Part shown: positions 17,318 to 24,224 of the stretch, piece by piece | Layout: the number at the start of each line of letters is the position of its first letter | How positions within the stretch are numbered: the stretch's first letter is position 1 | From: a virus | UHGV virus genome: UHGV-0126695 | Strand: one strand, 5' to 3' | Length of the DNA stretch: 24,402 bases | Translations under genes and position numbers: made by a program | Notes under the pieces: generated by a model | What the model saw: only the letters and a program-made list of their open reading frames with translations | The model's database searches: none | Told to the model about the DNA's origin: nothing

Positions 17318-17715
17318 GAATCCCCCTTATGAAAACGGCGCTGATGTTTATAAAGTGCCGCGCAAAAGATACTGCCCATCCAGAACGCCAGTTGATAAGG
17401 CTCCTTCAGATAAAGAATGCCGAATGTCAGCATGAAAAAACCAACGGCCCAGACCACCCATGACCACACGACAATTCGAAGGGAGGCGGCCCGGAAACGC
17501 CTTTTGGGTTGCAGGCGATAAGGTACGTTGCCCAGCTGGAAACTGTGAATCAGGCAGAGTGTCGCGCCGTATGCCAGCACCATGACCGCAAACGCCCGCC
17601 ATCCGGCAAAACAGCTCGCCAGAAAAAGTACTGCCGACAGCCCCAGAAACGACCACTGGCACAACATAAAGCGGGAGTAAATAACGCGAACAAAAAGACT
17701 ATTCATTCTGTGCAT
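17305..17715 (-). CDS. Integral membrane protein (about four predicted TM helices); holin/antiholin or exclusion candidate
   Basis: Likely start is ATG 17715 (MHRMNSLF...) with an AAGGA RBS. The track's longer N-terminal extension to 17886 is Thr/Pro/Arg/Trp-rich and overlaps the better 75-aa ORF, so it was trimmed. Confidence 0.55.
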   Translation of the reverse strand: MHRMNSLFVRVIYSRFMLCQWSFLGLSAVLFLASCFAGWRAFAVMVLAYGATLCLIHSFQLGNVPYRLQPKRRFRAASLRIVVWSWVVWAVGFFMLTFGILYLKEPYQLAFWMGSIFCAALYKHQRRFHKGDSWIR

Positions 17716-17926
17716 TGAGTTTTTCCTTGTACTTCTGGCACTGCCAGAAAATGTCCCGTGTATCCACGGAGTTCCAGCCACGCATGTAGTAGCTGGCGTG
17801 TGTGCCGTCATGGCCGGTATAGTCCAGCGGTTTCGGGGGCGGACCTCCGGCCATGCGGTGTAAAACCTCCTGACGCAGGCGGTCACGCCGCCCGGCTTTC
17901 AGGGAGGCGTCCCAGCCTTTGCCCAT
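17699..17926 (-). CDS. Small hypothetical protein immediately downstream of the endolysin
   Basis: 75-aa ORF starting 1 nt after the endolysin stop (TGAcATG); its composition looks protein-like, unlike the competing overlapping frame. Confidence 0.45.
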   Translation of the reverse strand: MGKGWDASLKAGRRDRLRQEVLHRMAGGPPPKPLDYTGHDGTHASYYMRGWNSVDTRDIFWQCQKYKEKLNAQNE

Positions 17927-17927
17927 G

Positions 17928-18515
17928 TCACCCCCGCGTGGTGGACGGCGCGTTGTCGATGATTTCCAGACAGGCGTCGGTCAGTTTTTCCATGCGGTTA
18001 AACCAGCCGTTCAGGTATTTGCCCTGGGCGGGTTTGGATTTGATGATGTCGGCATAAAAGCGGGAACGACGGACAATGCAGCGGGTCAGCAACCAGTCCG
18101 GGGTGGACAGGCTCACGGCCTTACGGGTACGCGGGCCGATGATGCCGTCAGCATCCACATCAGCGGCTTCCTGCAAAATTTTGATAGCTTTTTTAACGCC
18201 ATGCTGAACCGCCGCATCGAACACAAACATCGCCACGCCATCAGGCCACTGGTCACATCCGGCAGGCAGCCAGTAATCGCGCCAGTAAATCTGCGCAACC
18301 TGTTCGCGGGTTAAATCCTTAATGCGGGTGTCGGGTTTACCATCGCCGTTGACATCGGTTTTGCCGTCAATCACACCGTCGCGGCGGTCAGAAATGCCGT
18401 ATTTGGTTTCGCCGCCACGGTCTGTGGGGTCATTGACATAGACGCCTTCGATATCAGGACGCAGAATAAAATTCAGCGCATGTTCAAAAGCCGGAGAGAA
18501 TTTTTGATTTTCCAT
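17928..18515 (-). CDS. Endolysin, glycoside hydrolase family 108-like N-terminal domain with C-terminal peptidoglycan-binding domain
   Basis: 195-aa ORF; N-terminus EGVYVNDPTDRGGETKYGIS matches the GH108 lysozyme signature region, and the C-terminal region resembles a PG_binding_3 domain. AGGTG RBS. Confidence 0.85.
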   Translation of the reverse strand: MENQKFSPAFEHALNFILRPDIEGVYVNDPTDRGGETKYGISDRRDGVIDGKTDVNGDGKPDTRIKDLTREQVAQIYWRDYWLPAGCDQWPDGVAMFVFDAAVQHGVKKAIKILQEAADVDADGIIGPRTRKAVSLSTPDWLLTRCIVRRSRFYADIIKSKPAQGKYLNGWFNRMEKLTDACLEIIDNAPSTTRG

Positions 18516-18615
18516 AAAAGCACCTGTGAAGCAGATTTAAACGTGGTCTGCTTCATGGTGCCGGAGGCATAAAAAAAGCCGGATTTACCGGCTTCATTGA
18601 ATTAAGGGAAGATAA
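18516..18615 (-). promoter_or_regulatory. Non-coding region upstream of the endolysin gene; candidate late promoter (P_lys-like)
   Basis: 100 bp between the cargo gene stop and the lys ATG. Contains the hairpin/T7 element and a perfect 8-bp inverted repeat gaagcaga-N11-tctgcttc (18528..18554) just upstream of the lys RBS. Confidence 0.45.
18571..18600 (-). terminator. Intrinsic terminator-like hairpin with T7 tract (minus strand), copy 2 of the duplicated element, upstream of the endolysin gene
   Basis: Minus strand reads TTCAATGAAGCCGGTAAATCCGGCTTTTTTT; 27 of 27 core positions match the 10860..10889 copy except one C/T difference. Confidence 0.6.
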
Positions 18616-19095
18616 CTACTCATCTCCTTTGATGGAGCAATCTATTACCATATCGTTACCCATCTTGAGAAATTTGGTTTGCATGAGAAAACCCTGTATC
18701 ACGTCAGTTAACCCATACCCTTCAACTTTTGTAGCTGAAACTACCATGTCAATAATTCGTTTCTGCTGCTTCTCTGTTAGTTCACCAATTGCTGACTCCG
18801 CAACTCGCGAGCATGCCACAAAAGAAGACAACACACCTGAAGGATTGTTTTCATAATCCTTCACTGTCGTCGTTGAGCTGACGACTTTATTGTTGATCGT
18901 AAATACCCCGAATTTGCTGTGAGCAGTTTCAGTTCCACCGTTCTTAATAGAATCGCCTCCCTTAAGAGGCTTCCAGCTATTTAGTGCAATGAGATCTTTT
19001 TCTGTCAGACGTTTTTTGATGACATCTTCAGCTGGCAACTTTGCCGCATTAGCGCAAAATACGCTCAGTAAAAGTATAAGAGGAAAGTATTTCAT
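18616..19095 (-). CDS. Secreted hypothetical protein (N-terminal signal peptide), cargo/moron gene
   Basis: 159-aa ORF with a typical signal peptide (MKYFPLILLLSVFCANA|AK). AT-rich by eye compared with the flanking late genes. Start overlaps the Mor stop (ATGA); followed by a terminator-like hairpin. Confidence 0.7.
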   Translation of the reverse strand: MKYFPLILLLSVFCANAAKLPAEDVIKKRLTEKDLIALNSWKPLKGGDSIKNGGTETAHSKFGVFTINNKVVSSTTTVKDYENNPSGVLSSFVACSRVAESAIGELTEKQQKRIIDMVVSATKVEGYGLTDVIQGFLMQTKFLKMGNDMVIDCSIKGDE

Positions 19096-19502
19096 GACTC
19101 ATCCTTAAACAGTTGCATTTGATATTTTCCACGCTCCAGCCTTCGCATTCTTTTGATAGCTTGATATACCGTTTTGTATGTCACTTTGTAACGCTGCACC
19201 AGTTCCGCTACGTTTTTCCCATCAAAATCACGCCAGATGCGCATGTCTCTGATAAGATTTTCCAGTATTTTCCCTTTAGGAACATATACCTGAATCCCAC
19301 CGATATGATTACAAATCGCCACTACCAACTCAAGGGAATGAACCGGGTTAACCCCAAGCCTTATCAGTTCCTGTCGCAACAGAGCATTCAGCTCTGAAAG
19401 TAGCGCCGGGTAAACATATTTTTCCTGATAATCGTGAAGATATTCCAGAACGCTGTCGTCCCGGAAGTCTTCGAATAAATCCTGCTCTTTCATTTGTTTC
19501 AT
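19092..19502 (-). CDS. mor: Mor/C-family transcriptional activator (Mor-like)
   Basis: 136-aa ORF; long stretches (YPALLSELNALLRQELIRLGVNPVHSLELVVAICNHIGGIQVYVPKG...IRDMRIWRDFDGKNVAELVQRYKVTYKTVYQAIKRMRRL) closely parallel the phage Mu Mor sequence as I recall it. Sits directly after GemA with ATGA overlap, as in Mu. Confidence 0.85.
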   Translation of the reverse strand: MKQMKEQDLFEDFRDDSVLEYLHDYQEKYVYPALLSELNALLRQELIRLGVNPVHSLELVVAICNHIGGIQVYVPKGKILENLIRDMRIWRDFDGKNVAELVQRYKVTYKTVYQAIKRMRRLERGKYQMQLFKDES

Positions 19503-20050
19503 ACAGCAATTCTCCCGCTGTTTCGTGCGCGGGCATACGCACTGGTCAGTGCATCATATCCGCGCAGCTCCCGCCCGGTTTCGCTCACAGGTAAAGGCAC
19601 ACCATGTCGGGCAAAGGCTTCACGGATGCAGCGCATATGCCACTGTTTGAGCGTTTCGAGCACAACCTGCAACGATTCCCCATGACACCAGGCCAGCGTG
19701 GAAACACCCTGACCACCATTACGTCTGGCCGTCAGGCGCTCAACGTATTTGTCCAGCGCAGCGTCGCTGATATCGGAAACGAAACCATCAAGGAACATCT
19801 GCTGCCAGATTTTGTAAATCTTCTCGCGTGGTGTGACATGCCCCTTAAAGCGACGGCGGGGATGTTTTTTCTGCTTCTTAAAACCGCGCTCTTTCATGGC
19901 ATCGAGCACTTGTTCCAGTTGTGCAACGGACAGCTCGCGGCAACTGGTTTTGCCCGTGCACTGCACCAGAAAAGCTCGGTAAGTGTCATCGTCGAGTTGC
20001 AACTCCCGACGGGCAACATGAATTAATTTAATCAGGGATGTGCGGCTCAT
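19499..20050 (-). CDS. gemA: GemA-like regulatory protein (Mu gp16 / DUF1018-like)
   Basis: ORF immediately upstream of mor; likely start ATG 20050 (MSRTSLIKLIHVARRELQLDDDTYRAF...). The track's longer version starts at 20095. Confidence 0.7.
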   Translation of the reverse strand: MSRTSLIKLIHVARRELQLDDDTYRAFLVQCTGKTSCRELSVAQLEQVLDAMKERGFKKQKKHPRRRFKGHVTPREKIYKIWQQMFLDGFVSDISDAALDKYVERLTARRNGGQGVSTLAWCHGESLQVVLETLKQWHMRCIREAFARHGVPLPVSETGRELRGYDALTSAYARARNSGRIAV

Positions 20051-20417
20051 TATGTCCCATCTCCTTAATGCAGTGTTTTTCGACCCATGCCACACGAGCA
20101 GAATTCAGGTGACATCTGCCAAGTCTGCATTCCTCATGATAGTGCGCTCTACTTTCATTGAAAGGTAATAATTCATCCAACTCGTTCGCGATAAAATCTG
20201 CACGTAATTGTTCTAATATATCTTCGGTATCCACTCCGATTTCGTCAAAATAACGACAAGCATTTGCACATAATCCTGAATATTGAACAAATATTTCACC
20301 CTCTGTTTCTGGTGCACCATTTTTTAACCACTGGTTATAGGCAACATAAAAATCATAAAGATGTTTTCTGGTGCTGGCGGATGTGGATTTAATTTCATTT
20401 TTCTCTGTGTTATTCAT
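20028..20417 (-). CDS. Hypothetical acidic Cys/His-containing protein (AT-rich accessory gene)
   Basis: Likely start ATG 20417 (MNNTEKNEIK...) with a GAGG RBS; C-terminal Cys/His cluster (HYHEECRLGRCHLNSARVAWVEKHC). The region is visibly AT-rich. Confidence 0.5.
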   Translation of the reverse strand: MNNTEKNEIKSTSASTRKHLYDFYVAYNQWLKNGAPETEGEIFVQYSGLCANACRYFDEIGVDTEDILEQLRADFIANELDELLPFNESRAHYHEECRLGRCHLNSARVAWVEKHCIKEMGHNEPHIPD

Positions 20418-20592
20418 TTCGTAATACCTCTTCGCAATAAAAGATTTCACTGGGATAACGTTTTTGTATGCGCTCCATCACCTGCATACATGCCTGCTCG
20501 GTGGGCCAGATTTTTTCCGTTACGGGTATGGCATCACAGGCATCATTCCCACAGGTGCCAACCAGCAGGACAAAGCCAATTGACTTAACCAT
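20410..20592 (-). CDS. Small Cys-rich protein with N-terminal hydrophobic signal-like segment (possible secreted protein or lipoprotein)
   Basis: 60-aa ORF MVKSIGFVLLVGTCGNDACDAIPVTEK...; it is the internal start of track ORF 20410..20688, chosen because the longer form would overlap the upstream gene. Below the 60-aa reliability range, so confidence is modest. Confidence 0.4.
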   Translation of the reverse strand: MVKSIGFVLLVGTCGNDACDAIPVTEKIWPTEQACMQVMERIQKRYPSEIFYCEEVLRNE

Positions 20593-21124
20593 GCTCGCTG
20601 ACTTCCTGTGTTGCCGCCGGAACCGGTGAATAATCAAGAATGAGATAGCGCAGGACGTGGTCGGTGATATTCCAGCCACTGGAACCACAAATAAAACGTC
20701 CCAGCCGGATATCGATATACGCCATCACAAAACGAGGCATTCCCTGTTTGCACATCTCGTCATCCACTTCAGCAACGATGTAAACCGACTCGCAGGTCAG
20801 TACGCCTGTCGCAAATTCTTTTGCCAGTGCCGGAATGGCATTGCCTTCCAGCCAGGGCAAAGAGCGGCGGAACGCGCACCATTGAGCATCATCAACAGCG
20901 GGGGGTTCCGTTGCGTTTCGTCTTACTGGCGGCGTCTGACGAGGGCGCGGAACGTCATAAAATCCGTTGCTTTCAGTGAGAACTCCGGCATCAACCGCAT
21001 CACGCAGGAAATACACCATTGAGGAAGGTGGCATATTCATTTTTTCAGCCAGAACGCCACAGGTCAGACGCCCGTAAGTCCGTAATAATGTGCTGACACC
21101 GTTCAGAACTTTTGCATCAACCAT
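20585..21124 (-). CDS. Hypothetical early-region protein with possible N-terminal winged-helix domain
   Basis: 179-aa ORF with an AAGGA RBS, in the early operon downstream of gam. Confidence 0.55.
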   Translation of the reverse strand: MVDAKVLNGVSTLLRTYGRLTCGVLAEKMNMPPSSMVYFLRDAVDAGVLTESNGFYDVPRPRQTPPVRRNATEPPAVDDAQWCAFRRSLPWLEGNAIPALAKEFATGVLTCESVYIVAEVDDEMCKQGMPRFVMAYIDIRLGRFICGSSGWNITDHVLRYLILDYSPVPAATQEVSEHG

Positions 21125-21223
21125 TTTTTTATTCCTTAGTAATCTGTTTCAGGCGCGAGCAATCCCCTGACGCATCGCGCCATAATTAAAAGAAAGTGAA
21201 TTAATTAAATATTCGTAGTGGTA

Positions 21224-21748
21224 TTAAATACCGGCTTCCTGTTCAAACGGAATAATAGAAAAATCTTCAATGCCCGATTTAACTGTAATTCCGGCAACAC
21301 CTGCGACCGCTTTCGGTTCCAGTAAAATCGCTTCCTTGTTGATTTCCTGTTTCGTGCGAATAAAGCGTTGCAGGCCAAGACGCTCCAGTGTTTCCATCAC
21401 CGCATCCACACCGCGAATACTTACCGATGGTGGGCGCTGACGCCATGACACATCGCCGGTTACCAGGTTCGCCGTCTTCACCTTGCCGCCGTTCGTCAGT
21501 TCGTCACGGTTCGCTTCACACCATCCCTGAACGCCTTTTGAAAGGGTTTCAATGCTGGTTTTAAGCGGCGTAATCTGTGAGGCGTATTTCTCAGTAATTT
21601 CAGCGATAGCGTCATTCATTTCCGTTTCAAGTCGTGCCGCTTCGCGTTGCAGGTCACCAATCCGGCGAATATCACACACCACGGCATCGCGGGATTGTGG
21701 AACATAAGCTGCTGCGGCGTTCTTGATTCGTTTTGCTGGTTTAGCCAT
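21224..21748 (-). CDS. gam: Host-nuclease inhibitor protein Gam (Mu Gam, Ku-like DNA end-binding protein)
   Basis: 174-aa ORF MAKPAKRIKNAAAAYVPQSRDAV...GITVKSGIEDFSIIPFEQEAGI, matching Mu Gam in length and nearly throughout in sequence as I recall it. Confidence 0.9.
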   Translation of the reverse strand: MAKPAKRIKNAAAAYVPQSRDAVVCDIRRIGDLQREAARLETEMNDAIAEITEKYASQITPLKTSIETLSKGVQGWCEANRDELTNGGKVKTANLVTGDVSWRQRPPSVSIRGVDAVMETLERLGLQRFIRTKQEINKEAILLEPKAVAGVAGITVKSGIEDFSIIPFEQEAGI

Positions 21749-21768
21749 ATAAATAAAGCTCCTGTTAA

Positions 21769-22056
21769 TTAATATTCGCTGTATACAATGCTGGATACAG
21801 CACGATTGCTTAATTCCATCTTTTGGGCAATGACATGAATAGCCAGCCCTTCTTTATAAAGTTCACGACATAAATATTTGTCGTGCTCACTGACCTGGTA
21901 TACACACAACGATATTCCGTGCCTTCTGGCATGTGCCTGTAGGGCGGTTGGGGCAACGTTCAGTTTTTTCGCCATTTCTTCAACGGTCAGTTTCCCGACA
22001 CTGGCTTCGATAAATTCCCGGTCTTCGCGTGACCAGCGTTTACGCTTACACATCAT
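21769..22056 (-). CDS. Hypothetical DNA-binding (HTH) protein
   Basis: Track ORF starts at a GTG (22068); the first ATG is at 22056 (MMCKRKRWSREDREFIEASVGKLTVEEMAKKLNV...). HTH-like segments; function unknown. Confidence 0.55.
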   Translation of the reverse strand: MMCKRKRWSREDREFIEASVGKLTVEEMAKKLNVAPTALQAHARRHGISLCVYQVSEHDKYLCRELYKEGLAIHVIAQKMELSNRAVSSIVYSEY

Positions 22057-22068
22057 TCCGGTCACCAC

Positions 22069-22488
22069 TCAGTACAACAGGGGGTCACGCAGTGATGCCG
22101 GAATATGCCGCAGCGATAACTGAACCGCTTTCAGGGCAAGGGAAGAATACGTCCCCTGCGTCCAGCCTTTCGCCATTTGCCGGTAATCGCGCCAGATGTT
22201 CTGCCACTGCTCCCGTGCGTCCGGGTCTGACGCGCTGATGTATTCGCGGTCCATGACGTATTCCCATAAATCCTCGTTAAACGCACCGCCAAATGCGATG
22301 GCGTTGGAGATGTTTTCGCCACAATAACGTGCACAAATGCTGTAATGGTCAAATGCAATCAGATAAGTAGTTTCACCATGCTCATAAACTTTGCGGGCGC
22401 AAATAAATTCGCGTAAGTCTCCGCTATTGTTATTACGCATTTTGATTCGAATTAATGCCTGGATTTCGTTTCTGATTTTGGCGTTCAT
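22069..22488 (-). CDS. Hypothetical early-region protein
   Basis: Track ORF 22069..22512; ATG 22488 (MNAKIRNEIQ...) has an AAAGGAA RBS and avoids overlap with the upstream gene. The alternative start at 22512 cannot be excluded. Confidence 0.5.
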   Translation of the reverse strand: MNAKIRNEIQALIRIKMRNNNSGDLREFICARKVYEHGETTYLIAFDHYSICARYCGENISNAIAFGGAFNEDLWEYVMDREYISASDPDAREQWQNIWRDYRQMAKGWTQGTYSSLALKAVQLSLRHIPASLRDPLLY

Positions 22489-22502
22489 TGTCAGCGTTCC
22501 TT

Positions 22503-22766
22503 TCAGTGACATGTTCCTTCAACTGTCGTTTCTGTGACACTGCCGCCCGCAATGACGCCATCATTTTTCAGTATTTCAATGGCCTCATGGGCTGACTCGC
22601 GAACGATATCCCGGCTTTTTTCCAGAACCAGTAACGCTATCGCACCAGCAAGCGTGTACTCATCACCATCCAGTTCTGCGCTGTGGTCCACGTTAACATT
22701 GGTGCGTAAATCCTGCCCTTTAACTTCAGATGTCACATTTTTGATTTCGATAATGACTTTTGCCAT
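22503..22766 (-). CDS. Hypothetical early-region protein
   Basis: 87-aa ORF with a strong AAGGAG RBS 8 nt upstream of ATG 22766. Confidence 0.55.
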   Translation of the reverse strand: MAKVIIEIKNVTSEVKGQDLRTNVNVDHSAELDGDEYTLAGAIALLVLEKSRDIVRESAHEAIEILKNDGVIAGGSVTETTVEGTCH

Positions 22767-22779
22767 TTTGTTTCTCCTT

Positions 22780-23004
22780 TTAGTCCAGAATAACGCCTAC
22801 TTTTACTGTTGTGCCTTTTACCTGTTTAAAGAAAACCGCACTGCACCACGGGCAACATGTAAAGGTGTCCCATACTTCTTTCTCTGGTGAACATTGCGTC
22901 ATGATTTGCTCTTTGCATTTAGGGCAATTGAACGCAGTCAGTGCGACATTGTTGCTTTGTGCTCGTTTAACCCATTCGATATATTTCTCAGCACTAATAC
23001 ACAT
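22780..23004 (-). CDS. Small zinc-ribbon-like protein (two CxxC pairs)
   Basis: Likely start ATG 23004 (MCISAEKYIEW...) just after the Kil-like stop; contains CPKC and CPWC motifs. AT-rich. Confidence 0.5.
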   Translation of the reverse strand: MCISAEKYIEWVKRAQSNNVALTAFNCPKCKEQIMTQCSPEKEVWDTFTCCPWCSAVFFKQVKGTTVKVGVILD

Positions 23005-23006
23005 AG

Positions 23007-23234
23007 TTATCTCCAGATAATCTGACAACCATTAAGGCGTGCCGTCCATACTGAACGGGCAACCCCTGATTTATGCTCCATAATCCTGACAGCGTTTCTG
23101 ACCAGCTCCGGTGGTGGGCAGGTGATTTCAAGTACCGGGCGGGCTACGCCCAGCCAGGATTCGTTGACGTGGCTGCCGCGCTCCTGTAACCAGGTCTTTA
23201 CTTCCGTCGCCATTTTGATATTCCGTGACATCAT
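23007..23234 (-). CDS. Kil-like small early protein (assigned by position after B)
   Basis: 75-aa ORF starting at ATG 23234 ([12 protein letters not shown]...) with an AAGGAG RBS, immediately downstream of the MuB stop, the position of kil in Mu. The sequence assignment itself is not confirmed. Confidence 0.5.
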   Translation of the reverse strand: MMSRNIKMATEVKTWLQERGSHVNESWLGVARPVLEITCPPPELVRNAVRIMEHKSGVARSVWTARLNGCQIIWR

Positions 23235-23247
23235 GATTTCGCTCTCC

Positions 23248-24186
23248 TTACGTGCGCAGCAGGGTTGAAATATCAACATCCAGGTCTAATTCACGGAAAG
23301 CCTGACGCAGATAATCTTCATTAACACGTTCACCTTTGCCGTGGGCGGTCATGGCCGCAAGGCGCAGCGAGTGGTTCAGGATGCGAAGCGCACCTGGTTT
23401 TTGTGCAATCTGCTGTAATAATTCCCGCTCGTTTTCGCCGGTAATTTGCCAGGCATCCGCAATGGCTTTTACATCATCAATTTTGGTTTTATTAATTGCC
23501 GTCCGTTTGGCAATACGGGAAAACAGGCGGGCAAATTCAACCGTTCTGTTACCACCGGTCATGTTTGAATAAACACGGTGATTCCCCATCAGAACAAGGC
23601 CAATACGGGCGGATTCCTGTAACAGGCGGAGTTCTTCCAGAACCTCAGCGCCAAGATGATCAGCTTCATCGATAATGACCAACCCCTGCGTACCTTCAAG
23701 GCGACGTCTCAAAGCGCGGGAGAGTGGCCCCTTGCGGCGCGGTGCGTCATTCATCCCCAGTTCATAAGCCAGTTCCGTCAGGCATTCCAGAACACTGGCA
23801 CAGGATGGGGTAATGGTGATCATCCAGACATTGTTATTGGTGCGACGAAATTCGCGGGCCGCTTCAGTTTTTCCCACACCTGGATTACCGCAGATAACAG
23901 AAATACTTTCAGTCAGGCTGGCAAAACGCATACTCGTCCAGATTTGGCGTGCTGTTCTGGTTTCCACAAAACGTGGTGGTTCTGGCAGCTCTGCGGCACG
24001 GTGATAGTTCTCCAGCCAGCGTTCCAGCGTCTGCGCAACACGTTCATTGTCGCCGTTGTACTTGTTATTCACGAATGCGCTTAACGTTCCTGCGGCCACG
24101 CCAGACTCGCGTGCAATTTGTGCATAAGTCGCTTTTTCACTTTCTACAAGCGTGCGCAGTCCTGCGCGAATATCGGAAATATTCAT
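23248..24186 (-). CDS. B: DNA transposition protein B (MuB AAA+ ATPase, target DNA activator)
   Basis: 312-aa ORF with a Walker A motif ([14 protein letters not shown]) and near end-to-end resemblance to Mu B as I recall it ([15 protein letters not shown]...PRFVET...[19 protein letters not shown]...). ACGAGG RBS. Confidence 0.95.
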   Translation of the reverse strand: MNISDIRAGLRTLVESEKATYAQIARESGVAAGTLSAFVNNKYNGDNERVAQTLERWLENYHRAAELPEPPRFVETRTARQIWTSMRFASLTESISVICGNPGVGKTEAAREFRRTNNNVWMITITPSCASVLECLTELAYELGMNDAPRRKGPLSRALRRRLEGTQGLVIIDEADHLGAEVLEELRLLQESARIGLVLMGNHRVYSNMTGGNRTVEFARLFSRIAKRTAINKTKIDDVKAIADAWQITGENERELLQQIAQKPGALRILNHSLRLAAMTAHGKGERVNEDYLRQAFRELDLDVDISTLLRT

Positions 24187-24224
24187 CTGAATAACCTCGT
24201 AATTAAATTTTGTTTAAACGTTAA

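Noticed and set aside
17716-17886. N-terminal extension of the membrane protein ORF (track ORF 17305..17886)
   Set aside because: The extension is Thr/Pro/Arg/Trp-rich and overlaps the 75-aa ORF that starts right after the endolysin stop; the internal ATG at 17715 has an RBS and begins just before the first TM segment.
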